This document shows positions 58,917-64,000 of a stretch of 64,000 nucleotides of DNA, piece by piece. Under the pieces are notes generated by a model. The model worked only from the letters and a program-made list of their open reading frames with translations, did no database searches and was not told the origin of the DNA. The stretch is from positions 32,001 through 96,000 of the forward strand of contig JANOEP010000016.1 in NCBI GenBank assembly GCA_031441465.1, written 5' to 3'. Position 1 is the first letter of the stretch, and each line of letters opens with the position of its first letter. This DNA is from a bacterium (GTDB lineage Bacteria > Krumholzibacteriota > Krumholzibacteriia > LZORAL124-64-63). The translations under genes were made by a program, and so were the position numbers.

Positions 58917-58965
58917 TTTGTGCGGTTACCGATCAAAGTATGGATGAGGGGATCATCGATGTCAA
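58917..58965 (-). promoter_or_regulatory. Operator D and sigma70-like promoter of the lipoprotein-ROK-GH16 operon
   Basis: TTTGTGCGG-TTA-CCGATCAAA (58917-37); minus-strand TTGACA (58965-60), 17-nt spacer, CATACT (58942-37). Confidence 0.7.
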
Positions 58966-59021
58966 GCGCGGGGGACGCAAGCAGGCCAACATGCGCCATC
59001 ATCCCCGCCCGCGGTGGCGGA

Positions 59022-59807
59022 TCATCCGTCACGACCGGCGTCGCCCCGTCCCTGCATCTCCCGCAGGAACGCGTACTTCAGGAACGTGTAGACCCCCGCC
59101 ATCACGGCGATGCACAGGCCGCGGAAGCCGTCCAGATAGGCGCGCTGCAGCACCAGCCGACGGAACAGCGCGATCTTGGGGCGCACCAGCAGGTCGGTCC
59201 AGCGGGCGCGGCGGCCGTCTTCGTGCATGGCGGCGGCGGCGGCGCGGGCCGAGGCGACGTTCTTGCGCAGGTGCTCGGCGAGGTCGGCGTAGGTGTAGTG
59301 GAGCAGGTCGCCGTCGAGGCGGGCGCGGACGCGGCCGCGGAACTCCACACCGGGGTGAGGTTCGCGGCCGGACCAGACGGCGCAGCCCTTGCGGTACAGG
59401 AAGGTGCGCCATTCGGGATACCAGCCCGAGTGGTTGATGAGGCGGCCGGCGTAGACGCCGTGGCGGTTCAGCTCAAAGGCGTCGGCGGCAGGGTCGCCGC
59501 CGCGGAAGGCGGCCTCGATCGAGGCGCGCAGAGCGGGGGTGACGACCTCGTCGGCGTCCAGGCAGAGGACCCAGGGTCGGGCGGCCTGCTCGACGCCGAA
59601 GTTCTTCTGGTCGCGGTAACCGGTCCAGGCGCGGTTCAGCACGCGGGCGCCGCGCTCGCGGGCGATCCCGACGGTGCGGTCGGCGGAGCCGGAGTCGACG
59701 ACCAGCAGTTCGTCGCAGAAGTCGGCGGCGTCGAGGCAGCGCCCGAGGTTGCGCTCCTCGTCGCAGGCGACCACGACCAGGGTGATGGGCAGCTTGGGTG
59801 CGGTCAC
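59022..59807 (-). CDS. GT2 glycosyltransferase (KdtX/WaaE-like)
   Basis: DEERNL..CL, VVDSGSADRT, QKNFG, LDADE, GWYP, LLHYTY, YLDG..G. Confidence 0.92.
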   Translation of the reverse strand: MTAPKLPITLVVVACDEERNLGRCLDAADFCDELLVVDSGSADRTVGIARERGARVLNRAWTGYRDQKNFGVEQAARPWVLCLDADEVVTPALRASIEAAFRGGDPAADAFELNRHGVYAGRLINHSGWYPEWRTFLYRKGCAVWSGREPHPGVEFRGRVRARLDGDLLHYTYADLAEHLRKNVASARAAAAAMHEDGRRARWTDLLVRPKIALFRRLVLQRAYLDGFRGLCIAVMAGVYTFLKYAFLREMQGRGDAGRDG

Positions 59808-60106
59808 GACGGGTCTCCCGCGCCGGGTCGGACCCGGACGCCGAACCAGCGGTTCAGGGTGCGCGCGGTGCGCTCCCTGACGCCCGGCGGGAGGCGGCGG
59901 GACACGTAGACGATCGCCGCCGCGACCACGCCGAGGTCGTCCAGGAGGCCGACCAGCGGTGTGGGGTCGGCCACCGCGTCCAGCGGGAACAGCAAATACG
60001 CCAGCGCGCCGAAGATCGCCAGCTTCGCCCAGGCGGGCGTGGCCGGATCGCGGGCGGCATGGTACAGCCACAGCAACCGTTCGACGACGCCGCGGACGGG
60101 TTTCAT
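59804..60106 (-). CDS. YkvA/DUF1232 family membrane protein
   Basis: DPATPAWAK..ALAYLLFPLDAVAD..VGLLDD. Confidence 0.9.
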   Translation of the reverse strand: MKPVRGVVERLLWLYHAARDPATPAWAKLAIFGALAYLLFPLDAVADPTPLVGLLDDLGVVAAAIVYVSRRLPPGVRERTARTLNRWFGVRVRPGAGDPS

Positions 60107-60219
60107 TCCGGCTTCTTCGACTGTTTCTCCTTCTTCAGCGCCTTCTTCTCCTTCGCGGTATGCTGCGGCTTCTTGCGGGTCTCGCGGTTGCCCTTGTCCT
60201 TGCTGCCCTTCTCTGCCAT
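60103..60219 (-). CDS. 38-aa Lys-rich small protein
   Basis: GGAGG RBS; MAEKGSKDKGNRETRKKPQHTAKEKKALKKEKQSKKPE; stop overlaps YkvA start. Confidence 0.65.
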   Translation of the reverse strand: MAEKGSKDKGNRETRKKPQHTAKEKKALKKEKQSKKPE

Positions 60220-60389
60220 GACGTTGCCTCCGTGTGCGTCGGTTCGTCGGCGGACCGCGGGCGGTCCGTTCTCACCCCGACAGAGTAGCAGATCCGGCGG
60301 CGGGCACAAACGTCCGATCCGGGGGCTTTTGGACGTGATAAGATCGGCGCGGGTCCGGCCCGGGGGGGTGCTTCCAGGAGGTGGGGTCG

Positions 60390-61883
60390 ATGAGGACGCG
60401 TTGCTTGGCGGCATGGTGCGCGCTGGTCTGTGCGGCCGGTACGGCCGGAGCCGGCTGGATCGTGGAGGAGATCGGCGGCAACGAGACCGACGCCGACCGG
60501 CCGACGCTGGCGATCTCGCCCGGCGGCGCGGCGGTGGTCGCCTGGGAAGAGGAGGCGGGCGGCGTCTGGACGCTCTTCGTCGACGCCTACGCCGGCGATG
60601 GGATCATCGAGTACCCGACCGAGTGCCAGGGGAGCGGTCACGACCCCGTCGCGGCCTGGACCTGGCGCGGGTTCCTGCTGGTCTGGATCGACGGCCAGAA
60701 CATCCAGTACCGCTACGGCGACAACTTCGGCTGGGGCGACTCGCCGCAGACGATCCCCACAGGGCTCGACCTCACCCACGTGAAGCTCGACCTGCAGGGC
60801 TGCGCAGAGCCGGGCTGGGACGTTGGCTGGTTGGCCTACACCGTGCAGGTGGGCATCGTCGGGCAGGAAGGCTCCTACGGGCAGGACTGGTTCGTGCGCG
60901 TGCACAAGGGCGGCCACGACGCGCCGGAGACGGTGGCGACCTGCGAGAACGAGTGGGGACCCGCTCAGATCGCGTCGTACCCCTCGCAGGATCCGCACGC
61001 GCTGCAGCCTTTGCCGCGGTACTACTACATCCCCGAGTTCGCCCGGATCGCCCAGCTCACCGGCCAGCAGGAGGGCGGCTGGGAACCGGCCGCACTTCTG
61101 CCGCACCAGTGGTACGGCACGATCTTCGACGTGCGCGGCCGCGACAACGGCAGCCAGTGCCTGCTCGCATTGGAGCCGCAGCCCTGGTGTCCCTGCAACC
61201 AGGTTCAGTTCAACGAGCAGGACGCGCAGGGCGTCTGGTCGGACGCGACCGTCATCATGCCGTCGCACGACTTCAACGACTGGCCGCATTCGCCGCGGGT
61301 CGCCTGGGGCGCCGGCGACGAGGTCCACGCCTTCTGGGTCCAGACGACCAGCAACCACGAGATGGTGCCCGGCCGGACCCACCTCGAGTACCACCGGCGC
61401 GTCGGCGGCGTGTGGCAGGACGAGAGCGAGGTTTTCGAAGCCTACGAGCGCCGCAGCCTGGGCCTGCACGTCGCGATGGACGTGACGGCGTCGGGCGACC
61501 CGCTGTTCGCCTGGACGCGCCTGGACACGCTGATCTCGGGACCGCAGCCGCGGCGGGTGTGGCTGGCGCGGCCGCAGTCGACGGTGGCCGCCCCGGCGCT
61601 CGACGGGGGTGGACTGGCGCTGACCGCGTGGCCCAACCCCGGTCGATCGCGCATCGCGTTCGCGGGAACGGCGCCGGCCGGCAGCGACGCCGTGCTCGCG
61701 GTCTACGACCTCGCGGGACGGCGGGTGGCGTCGCCCCCGCTGTCGGCCGACGGTCCCGGCCGATTCGCCGCGATGTGGGACGGGCGCGACGCCGCCGGGC
61801 GGGAGGTGCCGGCAGGGATGTACCTGATGCGCTTGACGGCGACGGGCGGGACGGTCGCGCGGCGGGTGGTGCTGGCGCGATGA
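60390..61883 (+). CDS. Secreted protein of unknown function with FlgD-Ig tail
   Basis: Signal peptide; propeller-like repeats; AWPNP..VYDLAGRRV..WDGRD..AGMYLMRL. Confidence 0.7.
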   Translation: MRTRCLAAWCALVCAAGTAGAGWIVEEIGGNETDADRPTLAISPGGAAVVAWEEEAGGVWTLFVDAYAGDGIIEYPTECQGSGHDPVAAWTWRGFLLVWIDGQNIQYRYGDNFGWGDSPQTIPTGLDLTHVKLDLQGCAEPGWDVGWLAYTVQVGIVGQEGSYGQDWFVRVHKGGHDAPETVATCENEWGPAQIASYPSQDPHALQPLPRYYYIPEFARIAQLTGQQEGGWEPAALLPHQWYGTIFDVRGRDNGSQCLLALEPQPWCPCNQVQFNEQDAQGVWSDATVIMPSHDFNDWPHSPRVAWGAGDEVHAFWVQTTSNHEMVPGRTHLEYHRRVGGVWQDESEVFEAYERRSLGLHVAMDVTASGDPLFAWTRLDTLISGPQPRRVWLARPQSTVAAPALDGGGLALTAWPNPGRSRIAFAGTAPAGSDAVLAVYDLAGRRVASPPLSADGPGRFAAMWDGRDAAGREVPAGMYLMRLTATGGTVARRVVLAR

Positions 61884-62827
61884 GCCCGGCCCTGCCGCGG
61901 TGCCTGCTCGCGGCGCTGGCTCTGGCTGCCGGCGTCGCGGGTTGTTCGTCCGGCGACAAGGTGGATGCCGACTTCGACACGCGCGTGGCGCGGCCCGCGT
62001 ACGAAGTCGACGGCCCCCTGACGCTGTTCGACGAGGCCCATCACAACTGGCACCGCGCTCGCAAGAGCTACCGCCCGTTCGTCGAACTCATCGAGGCCGA
62101 CGGCTATCGCGTCGAGCGGAACACCCGAAAGATCACCGCCGATGCGCTCGCCCCGGCGGCGGTGCTGGTCGTGGTCAATGCGGTCGGCGCGAACGACCGC
62201 AACGACGATCCCGCCTTCGCTGACGAGGAATGCGACGCCATCCAGTCCTGGGTCCGCGCCGGCGGGGCCCTGCTGCTGGTGACCGACCACTACCCGACCG
62301 GTCACGCCGCCGAGCGCTTGGCGGGCCGCTTCGGCGTGCAGCTCAGCAAGGGACAGGTCGGGGACCCGATCCACTTCGATCCTGCGTACGAACCGACCCA
62401 TCTGGTCTTCTCGCAGGAGAACGCCGGGCTCGCCGCGCACCCGATCGTCGAGGGCAGGGACGCCGCGGAAAGGATCGGCCGCGTCCTGACCTTCACCGGC
62501 GAGGCGGTCCACGCCGACCCGCCCGCGGTCGGGTTCCTGCGCCTGTCGCCCGACGCGGTGGCCCGCCCGCCGCAGGCGACCGTGGAGAAGCGGGGCGGCG
62601 ACGTGATCGTCAGCGTCACGTACGGGGACCCCGCCGCGGTCCCGGGGTGGTCGCAGGGACTGGCGCTCGCCTACGGGAACGGCCGCGTCGTCGTGCTCGG
62701 GGAGGCCGCCATGCTCTCGGCGCAGTTCAGCGGCTACGACGGCCGGCCGATCGGCATGAACGTCCCGGGTTACGACAACCGTCAGCTCGCGCTGAACATC
62801 ATGCACTGGCTGACGAAGATGATTTGA
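61880..62827 (+). CDS. Lipoprotein with class-I glutamine amidotransferase-like (DUF4350-type) domain
   Basis: Lipobox VAGC; FDEAHHNWH, WVRAGGALLLVTDH, GRVVVLGEAAM, NRQLALNIMHWL. Confidence 0.7.
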   Translation: MSPALPRCLLAALALAAGVAGCSSGDKVDADFDTRVARPAYEVDGPLTLFDEAHHNWHRARKSYRPFVELIEADGYRVERNTRKITADALAPAAVLVVVNAVGANDRNDDPAFADEECDAIQSWVRAGGALLLVTDHYPTGHAAERLAGRFGVQLSKGQVGDPIHFDPAYEPTHLVFSQENAGLAAHPIVEGRDAAERIGRVLTFTGEAVHADPPAVGFLRLSPDAVARPPQATVEKRGGDVIVSVTYGDPAAVPGWSQGLALAYGNGRVVVLGEAAMLSAQFSGYDGRPIGMNVPGYDNRQLALNIMHWLTKMI

Positions 62828-62944
62828 TGGCCTCCCGCACCATGGCCGGCCGTCGTCGCGGCGCCGAGCAATAATCGGACTAATATGGTATACTATCCCC
62901 TCGCATCTTCACCCATGCTTTCCACCTGCACCAGGGGGTCATCC

Positions 62945-63685
62945 ATGTCAGTTCGCTCAAAGATCCGGGGGACGGGGCTCCTCGTCGCGCTCGGGCTCTT
63001 GGCCTTTTCCGCGGCGGCCCACGCCGAGTGCTGCATCGTCGCGGACAACGGGTTCGGCACGGCGACGCTGCCGCCGATCACCACCGGGGCGACCTGCGTC
63101 TACCTGGGCACGTCGGAGATCACGTCGGGGCTGCCCGCAGGGACGACCATCCAGATCGTGACGACCATCGGCTTCTTCATCAACCAGATCGAGTACGCCG
63201 GCGGCGGGCTCGGCGGCACGGTCAGCGAGTGGGACGGACTCTGCGAGATGCAGATGACCGGCACCGGCACGCTGGCGAGTTTCAGCCACACCGTCCAGAT
63301 CCCGCTGAGCGGCACCCAGAACAACATGATGGAGTGGGGCCCGCGGACCGCCTACGCGCCGGTCCAGTCGGCGCCGGCTGACGTCTACCGCCTCTTCGGC
63401 GTGACGTTCAGTCACCCGCAGTTCGACCTGCTGCGCGTCGTCGGCGGCAACGACTTCGGCTTGCCGTCGCCGGGGCAGATCCAGCTCGTGCAGTCGGGGG
63501 GCGGCTGGGCGGTGGCCGGCTACTTTGACCTGGCCCACCGCATCGACTTCGTCGGCTCGCCCTCCGGCTCGCTGTCGGGCTACTCGGGCAGCACGACCAT
63601 CCAGCGGCGGTTCGAGATCTGCCCGCAGACCGTGGCGGACGAGGACATGTCGTGGTCGGGCGTGAAGGCGATGTACGGCAACTGA
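62945..63685 (+). CDS. Secreted protein of unknown function with C-terminal SWSGVKAMY motif
   Basis: Signal peptide (AHA); beta-rich body; ends DEDMSWSGVKAMYGN. Confidence 0.7.
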   Translation: MSVRSKIRGTGLLVALGLLAFSAAAHAECCIVADNGFGTATLPPITTGATCVYLGTSEITSGLPAGTTIQIVTTIGFFINQIEYAGGGLGGTVSEWDGLCEMQMTGTGTLASFSHTVQIPLSGTQNNMMEWGPRTAYAPVQSAPADVYRLFGVTFSHPQFDLLRVVGGNDFGLPSPGQIQLVQSGGGWAVAGYFDLAHRIDFVGSPSGSLSGYSGSTTIQRRFEICPQTVADEDMSWSGVKAMYGN

Positions 63686-63749
63686 ATCTGCAGATCGGCA
63701 AAGGGCGCGGCATACGGCATCGTCCAGTGACAACGAAGAAGGAGTTTCC

Positions 63750-64000
63750 ATGACCGACAATCTCGCCCTGATCCGCAGCGGCTACGAGGCCTTCTCCCGT
63801 GGGGACGTGCCGGCGGTGCTCGGCCTGCTGGCGTCCGACGTGAGCTGGACCGAAGCCGAAGGCTTCCCCTACGGAGGCACCTACGTGGGCCCGGAGGCTG
63901 TGCTCCAGGGAGTGTTCATGAAGCTAGGCACCGAGTGGGTCGGCTACGCGGCGGTACCGAGCGAGTTCGTGGCCGACGGCGACACCGTCGTCGCGCTGGG
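63750..64000 (+). CDS. SnoaL/NTF2-like protein, truncated by window end
   Basis: AAGGAG RBS; MTDNLALIRSGYEAFSRGDV..DVSWTEAEGFPYGGTYVG. Confidence 0.85.
   Translation, partial: MTDNLALIRSGYEAFSRGDVPAVLGLLASDVSWTEAEGFPYGGTYVGPEAVLQGVFMKLGTEWVGYAAVPSEFVADGDTVVAL

Noticed and set aside
56217..59909. Very long + strand ORF (1230 aa) and similar ones (31643-35044, 51918-55247, 39536-42241, 25852-28443, 46983-49373)
   Set aside because: Antisense shadows of well-supported genes in high-GC DNA; no recognisable motifs
59798..62827. 1009-aa ORF suggesting one large protein
   Set aside because: Only 61880-62827 (lipobox, ATGA coupling) looks coding; the rest overlaps real genes in other frames

Overview
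GC-rich bacterial chromosomal window with about 55 genes and no rRNA, tRNA, CRISPR array or transposase. Six secreted proteins end in a PNP(FNP)/FlgD-Ig tail and two end in a short SW-G/S-x-I/V-KA-L/M-Y motif, which suggests an FCB-group lineage such as Krumholzibacteria/Latescibacteria (inference only). In order, it holds: a PerR-catalase-DPS-like-ytxG/H peroxide-stress operon with a divergent VIT1; secreted beta-propeller proteins; a LysR-linked operon (homoisocitrate-type dehydrogenase, HMG-CoA-lyase family, family III CoA-transferase, two-subunit aconitase-family hydratase) that lacks any Claisen synthase; a peptidase operon ending in a hidden 66-aa DUF6132-like gene with an in-frame TGA at a conserved Cys position and a downstream hairpin (candidate selenoprotein); pyk; SRAP; a TagD-TagF-like fusion; a lysyl endopeptidase; rlmI; a 148-bp inverted-repeat element; a three-subunit molybdenum hydroxylase; and a 17-kb beta-1,3-glucan locus. 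That locus encodes GH17, two GH16, a GH149-like phosphorylase, GH1, a GH-A/beta-barrel fusion and a ROK repressor, carries four copies of a 21-bp palindromic operator, and has no SusC/SusD. Family calls come from motif recognition only; no database search was run.
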